This document shows, piece by piece, positions 1 to 10,237 of a stretch of 64,000 nt of DNA. Location of the stretch: positions 1-64,000 of IMG/VR virus record IMGVR_UViG_3300035698_010466; one strand, 5' to 3'. Each line of letters starts with the position of its first letter. The first letter of the stretch is position 1. The stretch comes from a virus. The translations under genes and the position numbers were made by a program. A model generated the notes under the pieces. It worked only from the letters and a program-made list of their open reading frames with translations, ran no database searches and had not been told where the DNA came from.

Positions 1-2
1 AT

Positions 3-695
3 GAGTTAACTCAAGATATCAACAAACTTATTCTTAACAGAATATTCCGTAATGGAGCACAAAATGCTAGTAACGCTAACAGTGTAGATTCATTGAATCT
101 ATGTGGTTATTATGTTATGTCAGGATCAGGTACTTCTGCTATTAATTTAGGTCCTGGAAATACAAGTAATGTTGATATATCATTAACTACTTCAAGTACT
201 CTTGTTGGACAAGGTGGTGAAACACAAGGTTCTATCCAACGTAGAATTCTTACTAAAATTTTAGCTGCATCTAACTTGATCGCAGTTCGTGGCCGTAGAG
301 GTCCTGCTACTTTCGCTGTAACATCTGGTGAAATTGCAACTGCTTTACAAGATATCGCAGGATGGGTGGCTTATCCACTTGCAAATACTGTTAACCAAGC
401 TGGTGGTTCTTTATATCCAGTTGGTTCTATTGCAGGTGTAACTGTTTATGTTGATCCTAATATGGCTTGGACTGACTATCGTGTTGCTATTGGCCGTAAA
501 GGTGATGGTAATTCTCCAGGTTTAGTATTCATGCCTTATTTAATGGCAGAATCTGTTGAGACAATTGCGGAAGGAACTATGGCTCCTAAGATCGCAGTTA
601 AATCTCGATTTACGCTAGTCGACGCGGGATTTCATCCCGAAACTATGTACTATACTTTAGGCTTCTCATTAGGTACAGGAGTAAGCTTAATATAG
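3..695 (+). CDS. major capsid protein, C-terminal part (T4 gp23-like); starts before the window
   Basis: Frame is open from position 3 (ELTQDINKLILNRIF) and contains RGRRGPATF, GVTVYVDP, GLVFMPY and PKIAVKSRF, all gp23-family motifs. Confidence 0.9.
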   Translation, partial: ELTQDINKLILNRIFRNGAQNASNANSVDSLNLCGYYVMSGSGTSAINLGPGNTSNVDISLTTSSTLVGQGGETQGSIQRRILTKILAASNLIAVRGRRGPATFAVTSGEIATALQDIAGWVAYPLANTVNQAGGSLYPVGSIAGVTVYVDPNMAWTDYRVAIGRKGDGNSPGLVFMPYLMAESVETIAEGTMAPKIAVKSRFTLVDAGFHPETMYYTLGFSLGTGVSLI

Positions 696-716
696 AATAA
701 AATTTATTATAAAATT

Positions 717-746
717 AAAGGGTATCCAAATTGGGTACCTTTTTTT
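717..746 (+). terminator. intrinsic terminator after the capsid gene
   Basis: AAGGGTATCCAAATTGGGTACC hairpin followed by a T-run. Confidence 0.8.
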
Positions 747-797
747 AGTTTAAAACAATTTCTTTTCCGAATATATAATATAAATAATAAGTAAGGC

Positions 798-2528
798 ATG
801 AAGAAATTAACAGAAATAAAAAAATTATATTTAGAAGGTTATCATATATCAGCAATGAATTATTTAAAAAATGAAATATATTTAGAAGAAATTTCTAAAA
901 TTTTAAATAAGTCTTTACCTTTAACAAAAATTGATAAAAATATGTATAAATATATGTTTATATATGATATTTATAAAATACCCATATGTAAATATTGTAA
1001 TATAAATAATTCTATATTTGTAAATAATAATACAGGATTTATAAATAGATGCGGATGCACAGAATGTATTAAACAACATAGATCTGACGCAATTAAAAAA
1101 GGTTGGAATAAAAAAGATAAAAATAAAATAGTTAAAAAAACACAAGAAACTAATATTAAAAGGTTCGGTGCTGTTTCAAATTTATCAAAAAATACTACTG
1201 CTAGAGATTATGCAATGAATAAATTGTATGATAAGTATAAAGTATATCATCCATCAAAAAGTAAAGAAATAATGAAAAAAAAGATGGATACTTTTAATGA
1301 TCGTTATGGTGGATTAGACATAGTTAATAATCCGAAAACAAAAAAAACAATTTATGAAAAATATAATGTTGAATATGCCGGAAGTAGTATAGAACTTTCT
1401 AAAAGGGGTGGATTTACACAATCTAATAAAAAATTTAAAGAATTAATCAAAAAAAGTGACATTATAGATATATCTGATATAACATACATGTATAATGATA
1501 ATAAATATTGGTTAAAATGTAAATGTAATAAATGTAACACTTATATTGATAATATACATAGGGTAACTTTAAATAGGGCTATAATTACAAAATCTACTAT
1601 TTGTGTTAAATGTAATCCTGATATTACTAAATATAGATCAAATAGTGAAAGGGAAATAACTGAATTTTTAAGAACTATAACAGATGCAGATATTTTAAAT
1701 AATAATCGTAAATTATTTAATACTGAAGTAGATATTATTATACCTAAATTAAAAATAGGTATTGAATTTAATGGATTATATTGGCATAGTGAATTTAGAA
1801 AAGGTCAAAATTATCATATAAATAAACATAATATTTTAAATAACAAAAACTATACTTTAATAATGATATGGGAAGATGACTGGAATAATAAAATTAAAAA
1901 GGAAATTATAAAATCTAGACTAACATATTTATTAAATAAAATTAAAACAAAAATATATGCTAGAAATACTTATATAAAAGAAATTAGTTATAAAGATGCA
2001 TCTAAATTTTTAAATGAAAATCATTTATATGGTTATACAAATTCTTCAATAAAATTAGGAATTTATCAACACGATAAATTACTTAGTGTTGCTACATTCG
2101 GAAGACCTCGTACATTTATTAGCGGTAAGAACAATAATTATTCTTATGAATTATATAGATTTGCAGTATTAAAAAATACTATAATAGTAGGTGGATTTAG
2201 TAAATTACTTACTTACTTCGATAAACATTATATGAAAAAAAACGAAACTATATTATCATATGTAGATAGAGATTGGACAAACAATAAAGAAAATACATAT
2301 AGTATTAGCAAATTTGAATTTGAAAAATTTACAACACCGGGTTATTGGTGGGTTATAAATGGATTACGACATAATAGATTTAATTTTACAAGATCAAAAA
2401 TTAAAGATATTAATGTCAATGAAACGGTTAATGAATATATGGAAAATAAAGGTGCATATAAAGTAGAAAGTAGCGGTAATTTAAAATTTGTATATACAAA
2501 GGGAATGTTATCGAATAAGAATATATAA
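798..2528 (+). CDS. free-standing homing endonuclease (Hef-like, PD-(D/E)XK/DUF559-type)
   Basis: CxxC pairs, EVDIIIP..IGIEFNGLYWH..IWEDDW nuclease motif, K/N-rich low-GC ORF. Confidence 0.75.
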   Translation: MKKLTEIKKLYLEGYHISAMNYLKNEIYLEEISKILNKSLPLTKIDKNMYKYMFIYDIYKIPICKYCNINNSIFVNNNTGFINRCGCTECIKQHRSDAIKKGWNKKDKNKIVKKTQETNIKRFGAVSNLSKNTTARDYAMNKLYDKYKVYHPSKSKEIMKKKMDTFNDRYGGLDIVNNPKTKKTIYEKYNVEYAGSSIELSKRGGFTQSNKKFKELIKKSDIIDISDITYMYNDNKYWLKCKCNKCNTYIDNIHRVTLNRAIITKSTICVKCNPDITKYRSNSEREITEFLRTITDADILNNNRKLFNTEVDIIIPKLKIGIEFNGLYWHSEFRKGQNYHINKHNILNNKNYTLIMIWEDDWNNKIKKEIIKSRLTYLLNKIKTKIYARNTYIKEISYKDASKFLNENHLYGYTNSSIKLGIYQHDKLLSVATFGRPRTFISGKNNNYSYELYRFAVLKNTIIVGGFSKLLTYFDKHYMKKNETILSYVDRDWTNNKENTYSISKFEFEKFTTPGYWWVINGLRHNRFNFTRSKIKDINVNETVNEYMENKGAYKVESSGNLKFVYTKGMLSNKNI

Positions 2529-2545
2529 TAAAATAAAAATACATA

Positions 2546-3457
2546 ATGAATTTATTATCATACGAAAGTTATAAATTACTAAATGAATCTGTTAACTCAT
2601 TTGATGAAGATTTAGATAAGTTAGAGGAATCAATTGCATCAGTTATAACTAGTCCTATTAAATATTTAAAACTTAAGAAAAATGCTAAACAATATCAAAA
2701 GGCAGTAGTTCAAAAAGCTCTTGTAGCTGTTGATTACGAAAAGAAAAAAATAGCAGCAGGTACAGCTGACCCTAGGAAAAAGGAAGCCTTATTAGCCACA
2801 AAGAAAGCAAAGGATGATGCGGCTAATATTGCAGTTTCATCAAGTGCAGATAGAATGGAGGATTTAGCAACAACACCAGCTTTAAAGAATGTTAAATCTT
2901 ACGCTATGAATAAGGCAAAAATTGCAGCTGCTCAAACAATTATGAAAGTTGCTGATGCTGAAGAAACAAAACAACTTAAGCTTAAAATTAAAAATTTAGA
3001 TAAAAAGGCATCTGATGCTAAACAGGGATTAAATGATTATGAAAAAGATGCAAAGAAAACGGATAAGGTAAAGAAAGAAGAAACTCCTAAGGCTGATACT
3101 AAAAAGAAAGAAGAAACCCCTAAGGCTGATACTAAAAAGAAAGAAGAAACTCCTAAGGAAGATTCGATTGCAAAAATAGAAGCTGAGATCACAAGATTAA
3201 ATAAAAATACAGAAACCGAAAGAACTAAATTATCTAAATTTAAAAAAGATCTTGAAAAAGCAAAAACAGGTAGTTCATCAGATGAACAAATACAGACAAT
3301 AGAAAAAAGTATAGAAGATAGTATAGAAGATATTAATGGACTTAAGAAACTAGAATCTGATAATAAGAAAAAATTACAAGGACTACAAAAAGAATCAGTA
3401 TCTCATGTTGATGAATCTGTTGCTAATAAATTTAGAAGATTAAGAAATAATGCCTAA
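2546..3457 (+). CDS. K/E/A-rich coiled-coil protein, possibly an internal head protein
   Basis: ORF track; N-terminus MNLLSYESYKLLNE resembles a capsid-targeting sequence; internal KKEETPKADT repeats. Confidence 0.55.
   Translation: MNLLSYESYKLLNESVNSFDEDLDKLEESIASVITSPIKYLKLKKNAKQYQKAVVQKALVAVDYEKKKIAAGTADPRKKEALLATKKAKDDAANIAVSSSADRMEDLATTPALKNVKSYAMNKAKIAAAQTIMKVADAEETKQLKLKIKNLDKKASDAKQGLNDYEKDAKKTDKVKKEETPKADTKKKEETPKADTKKKEETPKEDSIAKIEAEITRLNKNTETERTKLSKFKKDLEKAKTGSSSDEQIQTIEKSIEDSIEDINGLKKLESDNKKKLQGLQKESVSHVDESVANKFRRLRNNA
3071..3159 (+). repeat. 33-nt coding tandem repeat (KKEETPKADTK, about 2.7 copies)
   Basis: AAGAAAGAAGAAAC(T/C)CCTAAGGCTGATACTAAA repeated. Confidence 0.85.
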
Positions 3458-3986
3458 GAAAAAGAAGCGTAAGGCTAGAAAAATTTATACAAATTTATAC
3501 AAAGTCCGAAAAATGAATTTTGGGTGGCATCATAGGAAACATGGAATTCTTTTAACGAATTTACCTCAATCCAAACGACAATTACTTATAGATAACGGAT
3601 ATATGAAATGGCTTGAGTCTGATACTCAGGCCTTTGAAATTATTTTTAAAGATGTTGATTTTGAAAATTGTGAAAAGAATCCTAATAAAATGTTATGGAA
3701 TCCTTATAGAGAATCTATGTCAACCATTAAAGAATTAACAGCAGATTCAAATATTTTAGATTGGAATTGTGCAATATGTAAGGTTGATATCAAAGCCAGA
3801 GTCGGTTCAAAGAATATTGAAAATTTTGTATGTAAAATATGTTCTAATGCACATAATTCTACAAATAAATTTGTAGATCAGCGTATACTCAGTTCTTCTA
3901 TTGATTTTACGCAACATTGTAAGTATTTATTGAAAAAAGAACAACGAGAGTTTTTAAATTATGTTAAGAAATTATCTAAAGTTTAA
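3450..3986 (+). CDS. hypothetical protein with a CxxC...CxxC zinc finger
   Basis: ORF track; CAIC and CKIC. Confidence 0.6.
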   Translation: MPKKKKRKARKIYTNLYKVRKMNFGWHHRKHGILLTNLPQSKRQLLIDNGYMKWLESDTQAFEIIFKDVDFENCEKNPNKMLWNPYRESMSTIKELTADSNILDWNCAICKVDIKARVGSKNIENFVCKICSNAHNSTNKFVDQRILSSSIDFTQHCKYLLKKEQREFLNYVKKLSKV

Positions 3987-4772
3987 TGCTCGTTTTAATG
4001 TAATTTTAGTAAATACAGTTAAGTTGCTATAAGGAGATGCATTAAGAACTTCAATATGTTTACTTTTAAGTTCTTCTGATAATATTTTGAATCCAGGTAT
4101 AAATTGATCAGTGTAAATTCTATCAGAGGTTGCAGCTACTGGATATCCTTCGTGAAAATGACTTTTGTTTCCATTATTACCCATATCAAATCCTAATAAG
4201 ATAATTCTATTAGCTCCTAAATGATATGCAAGATTAATTGCTGCATAACCACTATTATTTCCATGAGCTAATGCATCAGGTTGATTTTCTAATCCAAATG
4301 TTTTACCCTTTCTTAAAATTTTGATATTGCCTGTATAATCTCTATGATCTCTGATTGTAATTTTTTCACAATCCAACTCATCAATATCTTTCTTATACCA
4401 CCCATAAAATCTAGAATCAGTCCAATATAAGTATTGTGCATTTGTGTATGAATATATTGCTTTATTAATTGCAATAACTTTTTTACCTGCTAATTGGTTA
4501 AAATCAAATCCTGATAATGAAGGGCCACCTCCAAGTAAAAATATAGTTTCACCTGACCATATTGGTTTAATTTTCGAGTATTGAACTTTCGGTCCATTTT
4601 TTGGTTTTCTTGACATAGTATATTTACCTGGATTTAATGTAGGAGCATTAGATGATCTAGTACGAATTTTGTTAATAGTTTTTTCACCATGCTGTACTTT
4701 AGATACACTATTTACCGTCTCAATTTTCGTTTGTGATTGTTGCTTATGAAGTTTTCTAATTATTCTTTTCAT
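3972..4772 (-). CDS. DUF115/Maf-like (sialyltransferase-fold) glycosyltransferase-like protein
   Basis: LLGGGPSL, IAINKA, NSGYAAINLAYHLGA.RIILLGFD; paralogue of the N-terminal domain at 55853. Confidence 0.7.
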   Translation of the reverse strand: MKRIIRKLHKQQSQTKIETVNSVSKVQHGEKTINKIRTRSSNAPTLNPGKYTMSRKPKNGPKVQYSKIKPIWSGETIFLLGGGPSLSGFDFNQLAGKKVIAINKAIYSYTNAQYLYWTDSRFYGWYKKDIDELDCEKITIRDHRDYTGNIKILRKGKTFGLENQPDALAHGNNSGYAAINLAYHLGANRIILLGFDMGNNGNKSHFHEGYPVAATSDRIYTDQFIPGFKILSEELKSKHIEVLNASPYSNLTVFTKITLKRALNFR

Positions 4773-4841
4773 ATAAGTATTTTTTTATTTATTCTTATTA
4801 AACTTCTTCTTATTTTTCAATATAAAAATAAACTTATTTTT

Positions 4842-5078
4842 ATGAGAAATATTCAAAATATTCTTCTTACTGAAAAATATAGACCTAAAAATTTAAATGA
4901 TTTAATTACACCAGCTCGAGTTGGTGAAAAGTTATCAAAGGGTGTATATCAACATTTATTGCTATATGGGAGTCCAGGCACTGGCAAATGCGTTTGTGGG
5001 GATACATTAATTAAAGTAAAAAATAAAAAAACTGGTGAAATTATAGAAACTAATATTAAAGATTTTCATAATTTATAA
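4842..5078 (+). CDS. clamp loader (gp44/RFC-like) N-extein plus 29-aa N-intein of a split intein
   Basis: EKYRP and LLLYGSPGTGK followed by intein block A CVCGDTLI, then a stop. Confidence 0.88.
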   Translation: MRNIQNILLTEKYRPKNLNDLITPARVGEKLSKGVYQHLLLYGSPGTGKCVCGDTLIKVKNKKTGEIIETNIKDFHNL

Positions 5079-5133
5079 TAATTTTACCCTGGACAACCAT
5101 ATTTAATTCATTTTATAAATATATAAAATAAAA

Positions 5134-6252
5134 ATGATTTATTATTATAAAAGTAAATATTTTGACAGTATGATTACACCTATTTGTAATATATGTGGTC
5201 ATGATCTTGTAATAAAATATGGGTATAAAAAAAATACTATTATTAAATGTTCTAATAGTAATTGTAATACCAATGTTAAAAATGTTAAGCGTATAATTTT
5301 ATATAAAGCTTTTTTACCAAAATATTTTGTCGAAGAATATAAAAAAACTTTAAATAACTTAAAATATAGTAGACCTAATTCAAAAGAATATTGGTTAAAA
5401 AAAGGTTATTCTGAAGAAGAAGCAAAAGAAAAAGTTAGCAAGATACAAAGACAAAATTCAAAAAAAGTTAAAAATAGATTTGTTCCATCACATAAAAATT
5501 TGTTAGCATTAGGATATTCATCGGATGAAATTAATAATATGCAATTATTGCCTAACTCAATAGAGTATTGGTTAAAGAAGGGCAACACTGAAAATGAAGC
5601 AAAAGAAAACATACGTATCTTTCAAACTAAAATGTCTAATAAATTTAAAGAAAAGCGAAAGTTACACCCTGAACAATATAAAGATATTTATTTAATGAAT
5701 ATTGAATATTGGTTAAAAAAAGGTTATTCAAAAAGGGAAGCAAAAGAAAAAGTTAAAGAACGACAAACAACATTTTCTTTAGATATATGTATAAAGAAAC
5801 ATGGTAAAGAAAGAGGTATTGAAATATTTAACGAACGTCAAAAAAAATGGCAAAACGCATTACGAAAAAATTTCGAGAAAGAAGGTGATGGTAGGTCTTT
5901 ACAAAGTAAATGGGCAAATAATTTAATTAAAAAAATATGTGAAGAATTCAATATAGAAATTCCTAAAAAAGAAAAATGGATAAATGGTGGAGATATCAGG
6001 TGTTCATATGATTTTACATATAAGAAAAAAATTATAGAATTTAATGGGGATTATTGGCATGGTAATCCTAATCTTTATAATGAAAATGATAAAATTATAA
6101 ATCAATTAGTAAAAGAACGATGGGAATATGATACTCGTAAAATAGATTTAGCTAAAAGTAGAGGATATGATGTATTAGTTATATGGGAATATGATTATAA
6201 TAATCATCCAAATTTAACATTTAAGAAATGTATAAAATTTTTAAAAAATTAA
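5134..6252 (+). CDS. homing endonuclease between the split-intein halves (DUF559/Vsr-like)
   Basis: EYWLKKGYS repeats; YDF..IIEFNGDYWHGNP..VIWEYD nuclease motif. Confidence 0.8.
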   Translation: MIYYYKSKYFDSMITPICNICGHDLVIKYGYKKNTIIKCSNSNCNTNVKNVKRIILYKAFLPKYFVEEYKKTLNNLKYSRPNSKEYWLKKGYSEEEAKEKVSKIQRQNSKKVKNRFVPSHKNLLALGYSSDEINNMQLLPNSIEYWLKKGNTENEAKENIRIFQTKMSNKFKEKRKLHPEQYKDIYLMNIEYWLKKGYSKREAKEKVKERQTTFSLDICIKKHGKERGIEIFNERQKKWQNALRKNFEKEGDGRSLQSKWANNLIKKICEEFNIEIPKKEKWINGGDIRCSYDFTYKKKIIEFNGDYWHGNPNLYNENDKIINQLVKERWEYDTRKIDLAKSRGYDVLVIWEYDYNNHPNLTFKKCIKFLKN

Positions 6253-6257
6253 AAATA

Positions 6258-7421
6258 ATGAAAAAATTTATAGAAAGTAAAAGCATTAGTAATTATCAAG
6301 TTTTAACAGATACTGGTTGGGTTGATATTGAAATGTCTCATAAAACAATAAAATATAATCTTTGGTTAATTGAAACTAAAGATAATATTATCTTAAAGGG
6401 AGCTGATAATCATATTGTATTTAATGAAAATTACGAGGAAGTTTTTATTAAAGATTTAAACCCTAATGATTATATACTTACTGATGTGGGAATTTCTAGT
6501 ATTAAAAATATAATAAAGCTTGATACTGAAGAAGAAATGTATGATTTAGAATTGTCTAATGATTCAAATCATAGGTACTATACAAATGGAATTCTTTCAC
6601 ATAATACAAGTGCAGCAAAAGCATTAGTTAATCATTTTGATTTGCCATCACTTTATATTAATGCATCAACAGATACTTCAGTTGATATTGTACGTAATAG
6701 AATTACAGATTTTTGCGCAAATCGTTCAGTAATGCATGAACCTGGAAAAATGAAAGTAATTATTCTTGATGAAATTGATGGAGTATCAGATCAATTTTTT
6801 AAAGCATTAAGGGCAACTATGGATCAATTTGCTAAAAATGCAAGATTTGTAGCAACATGCAATTACATTAATAAAGTACCTGTTCCAATTCAATCTAGAT
6901 TTGAATTAATTGATTTTGACTTCACGAAAGAAGAAGAAACTGAAATCATGAAAAAGTATATAATTCGAATTTTACAAATATGTAAAGAAGAAAATATAAA
7001 CATCGAAAAACATGCCGCAGTTGAATTAGTAAAAAGGAAATTTCCAGATTTAAGAAATATGCTTAATACAATACAAGGATTTAAATCACAAGCTAAAGAT
7101 ATCGTAACTGTTGAAGATATCAAAAAATTTAATTCAATTTATAAAGATATTTATGATCTTGCACTAGATAAAACAGACCCTGTGAAAAATTATAAATACA
7201 TGGTATCGAATTATTCTAATAAAATCGATGATGTATTATCAAGTTTAGGCGCAGAGTTCATTGAATATATTCAAGTAGAACGACCAAATTATATTTCATT
7301 TATACCACAAATAGTTGTAACCGTTGCAAAATATCAATCACAACGTTATGTTGTTATAGATCCAGTTATTTCTATGTTGGCGTGCATCTACTCTATCCAG
7401 GATATTGTCAATGGAAATTAG
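6258..7421 (+). CDS. 116-aa C-intein plus clamp loader (gp44/RFC-like) C-extein
   Basis: Block B-like ADNHI, MYDLEL...YYTNGILSHN/T splice junction, then INAS, ILDEID and SRF AAA+ motifs. Confidence 0.9.
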   Translation: MKKFIESKSISNYQVLTDTGWVDIEMSHKTIKYNLWLIETKDNIILKGADNHIVFNENYEEVFIKDLNPNDYILTDVGISSIKNIIKLDTEEEMYDLELSNDSNHRYYTNGILSHNTSAAKALVNHFDLPSLYINASTDTSVDIVRNRITDFCANRSVMHEPGKMKVIILDEIDGVSDQFFKALRATMDQFAKNARFVATCNYINKVPVPIQSRFELIDFDFTKEEETEIMKKYIIRILQICKEENINIEKHAAVELVKRKFPDLRNMLNTIQGFKSQAKDIVTVEDIKKFNSIYKDIYDLALDKTDPVKNYKYMVSNYSNKIDDVLSSLGAEFIEYIQVERPNYISFIPQIVVTVAKYQSQRYVVIDPVISMLACIYSIQDIVNGN

Positions 7422-7477
7422 TAGATAAGCTTTCAAAATATTGAAAAACTTGTTATTATTATATAAATATTATACAT

Positions 7478-8701
7478 ATGAAAAAGAATGGAAGACATAC
7501 ATTTGTAATTGATGGTAATTATTTTTTGTTTAGAACATTACATATATTACCTCATCATACAAAGGCTAAAGAACTTTTAGCAGATAATGAAGCATGCGAA
7601 GCTTATATAAGAAAACTATCAATTGATTTTGCATATCAAATTCGTTTATTTGAAGGTTTAATTGATAATGTAGTTTGGACTGTGGATTCACGATCATGGA
7701 GAAAGGATTTTTATCCAGAATCTGATTATAAAGGAAATCGTAAACAAGATAGTAATCTTAATTGGGATAATTTTGTAAGGATGACAGAAGAATTTATTTC
7801 AATTCTTAAAAAACATGGAGTAATAATTTCAAAAATTGATGGAGCAGAAGGTGATGATTTAATATATGCATGGAATACTGAATTGTTAGCAAATAATAAA
7901 TCTGTAATTATGCTTACTGGAGATAGGGACCTTGCGCAACTAGTTAATAAAAATGAAAATGGTAATCATACGATTATGTTTTCACCAGCCCATAAAAAAT
8001 TCTATGTTTATCAAGGATTTACTGAGTGGCTAAATACTGACTTAGTTATAGAAGAGACAAATGTTGATATCTTTAATGTATCAAAATCTCAAATTTCACC
8101 TGAAAATCAATCTAAGAAATTAATTTCTGACGTTATAAAAAAGAAAAAGGCAGAAGTTTTAGAAATTAATTCAGAAGAATTTCGTTTACAGAAAGTTCTG
8201 ATGGGTGACAGTGGTGATAATGTTGCACCAGCTTATTGGTACATATTGAACAAAAGAAGATATGGAATAAGTGAAAAGAAGGCTAATCTAATTATTTCGG
8301 AATTCAAAAAAATACATGGAGAAGTATCTCATATGTATTTTTATAATGATGATTATATTAAAGATTTTGCAAATATTTTAATTCGCGTAATGAATGTAAA
8401 ATATATGAGCAGAGAACAGATAATAGCAAATCTTAAATTAAATGTTAATTTAATGGTGTTATCAAAAAGATCAATACCTGCAGGTATTTTGGATGAAATG
8501 TTTTCGTCAGTTGAATCTAATCTTAATTTTAAAGGATTACAATTAAAAAATGTTTCAAATATTAAACAACTTTTAGAAGGAACTAAATATTATACTGGAG
8601 ATAGCTCTATTAATATAACATCTAAAATCTTTAAGAATGAAAAGGATGATAGTAATGATTTTTCATTTATTAAGAAAAATAAAAAAGAAAAATTATTTTA
8701 A
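7478..8701 (+). CDS. 5'-3' exonuclease / RNase H (T4 Rnh/FEN-like)
   Basis: VIDGN, WRKD..YKGNR, EGDD, TGDRDL, LMGDSGDNV. Confidence 0.85.
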   Translation: MKKNGRHTFVIDGNYFLFRTLHILPHHTKAKELLADNEACEAYIRKLSIDFAYQIRLFEGLIDNVVWTVDSRSWRKDFYPESDYKGNRKQDSNLNWDNFVRMTEEFISILKKHGVIISKIDGAEGDDLIYAWNTELLANNKSVIMLTGDRDLAQLVNKNENGNHTIMFSPAHKKFYVYQGFTEWLNTDLVIEETNVDIFNVSKSQISPENQSKKLISDVIKKKKAEVLEINSEEFRLQKVLMGDSGDNVAPAYWYILNKRRYGISEKKANLIISEFKKIHGEVSHMYFYNDDYIKDFANILIRVMNVKYMSREQIIANLKLNVNLMVLSKRSIPAGILDEMFSSVESNLNFKGLQLKNVSNIKQLLEGTKYYTGDSSINITSKIFKNEKDDSNDFSFIKKNKKEKLF

Positions 8702-8704
8702 AAT

Positions 8705-9121
8705 ATGTTAAAATTATTTGATTATATTAAGGTACTATTTGGAAAGGATGAGGATTGGGATAAAGTTTCCAATTATGATAAATCTAAGAACGCGTTCATG
8801 ACAACACGTTTTATGTGCATTAAGTTTCCTATTCAAGCAAATTTATTTAACCATCTTAAAATAGATCCAGTAGGACAGGCTGAGTCATGGCGGATGCTTA
8901 CTTCAAAATTTAACAGAGTTCCAGGTTTTATTTATACTAAAGTAAGGAAAACTCCAAAGAAGACTGAATGGAAACCAAATCCTGAAGCAGTTTCGGTTTA
9001 TATGAAACTTAATGAGATCGGTGAACGTGAATTTAATGAAGCATTAAAATTTGATTTAAAACAAGTAAAGAAAGCAATAGATATATTGGAAACCCAAATT
9101 AAAAACAATGTTGATAGATAG
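8705..9121 (+). CDS. hypothetical protein (possibly clamp loader small subunit, gp62-like)
   Basis: ORF track and replication-gene context only. Confidence 0.4.
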   Translation: MLKLFDYIKVLFGKDEDWDKVSNYDKSKNAFMTTRFMCIKFPIQANLFNHLKIDPVGQAESWRMLTSKFNRVPGFIYTKVRKTPKKTEWKPNPEAVSVYMKLNEIGEREFNEALKFDLKQVKKAIDILETQIKNNVDR

Positions 9122-9776
9122 TACATTCGAACTTAGCATACCTACACATATTAAATTTACACTTTATAAGTTTGATCATTTTGACAGTATGATCATTTCG
9201 TTAGTCAAAAAAGAATGTGTAAATATGGAGGACACTGTTGATAAAGATTTATTCACAATAAGTGCAAATGCATTTAGGCGAGCTTTGCAAAAAAATAAAA
9301 GATTGGCAGCAGAAATTTCAAAAATTGAGCCAATTGAATTAAATACTAATCCTGATTTTGCTTTAACTTCTGTATCATTTTTATGGATGATATTAAAAAA
9401 GTTACAAAATTTACAGTGGGTAACTTTTAAAATTTCATATGATAAAAAATTTACACGAATTATTAAATATAAAGAAAAACAAATTCATAATTTTCATTTT
9501 GATATAATTCGTGGATATTTTGATTTAAGCGAAATTTTTGATACTCCAAAATTAGATATCATTAATAAAGCTATTATTGATTATGATATAATGCCAAATA
9601 GTTATCTCAAACGAAAGGGCTATTTTTATATGAATGCTAGTAGCCTATATGAAATATTAGGCCAATTAGAAATTAATGGCCAACTAAATACTTTTGATTT
9701 ACTTGATCAACTTGATCCTAAATTAGAAGACGATGATCCCGTGTTATTAGTAAAAACTGATTATAGCATATATTAA
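9108..9776 (+). CDS. hypothetical protein
   Basis: ORF track; overlaps the upstream gene as in a coupled operon. Confidence 0.6.
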   Translation: MLIDSTFELSIPTHIKFTLYKFDHFDSMIISLVKKECVNMEDTVDKDLFTISANAFRRALQKNKRLAAEISKIEPIELNTNPDFALTSVSFLWMILKKLQNLQWVTFKISYDKKFTRIIKYKEKQIHNFHFDIIRGYFDLSEIFDTPKLDIINKAIIDYDIMPNSYLKRKGYFYMNASSLYEILGQLEINGQLNTFDLLDQLDPKLEDDDPVLLVKTDYSIY

Positions 9777-9800
9777 GAATATATATAAAAAATCTTAATT

Positions 9801-10235
9801 ATGACAAAAGCATTAAAACGCATATCTAGTTCAAAACGCCAAACTCTTAGTTATGTTGTTATTTTTCTTTGGGCATTTATGGGTATTCTTGGCATATATT
9901 TCGACGCCGACTTTAAAAGTTTAGCTACTTATTTTATATCACTTACTGGATTTATACTTGCGTATATTTTTGGAGAAAGTGTAAGAAAAAGTAGTAAGAC
10001 ATCATTGTTCTTATCAGGTAAAGTAAGTAGAAGAGAACTTATTATATACATAACCACATTTTTATGGGCAGTTGTAGGTGGACTGATTATCGTAAAAGAA
10101 GGTGACTTAATTGGAGTGAGTGCATATTTTGCTGCATTAACACCATTTGTAGGATCTTATATCATCAGTGAAACTTATAAAGAAGATAATCAAATTACTT
10201 TAGCCACAAGTGAAGAACAACAATTAAATTCATAA
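9801..10235 (+). CDS. four-TM membrane protein with an internal duplication (holin-like candidate)
   Basis: Two similar halves (SKRQ.L.Y..FLWA...YF.SLT.F / SRRE.I.Y..FLWA...YFAALT.F). Confidence 0.55.
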   Translation: MTKALKRISSSKRQTLSYVVIFLWAFMGILGIYFDADFKSLATYFISLTGFILAYIFGESVRKSSKTSLFLSGKVSRRELIIYITTFLWAVVGGLIIVKEGDLIGVSAYFAALTPFVGSYIISETYKEDNQITLATSEEQQLNS

Positions 10236-10237
10236 GA

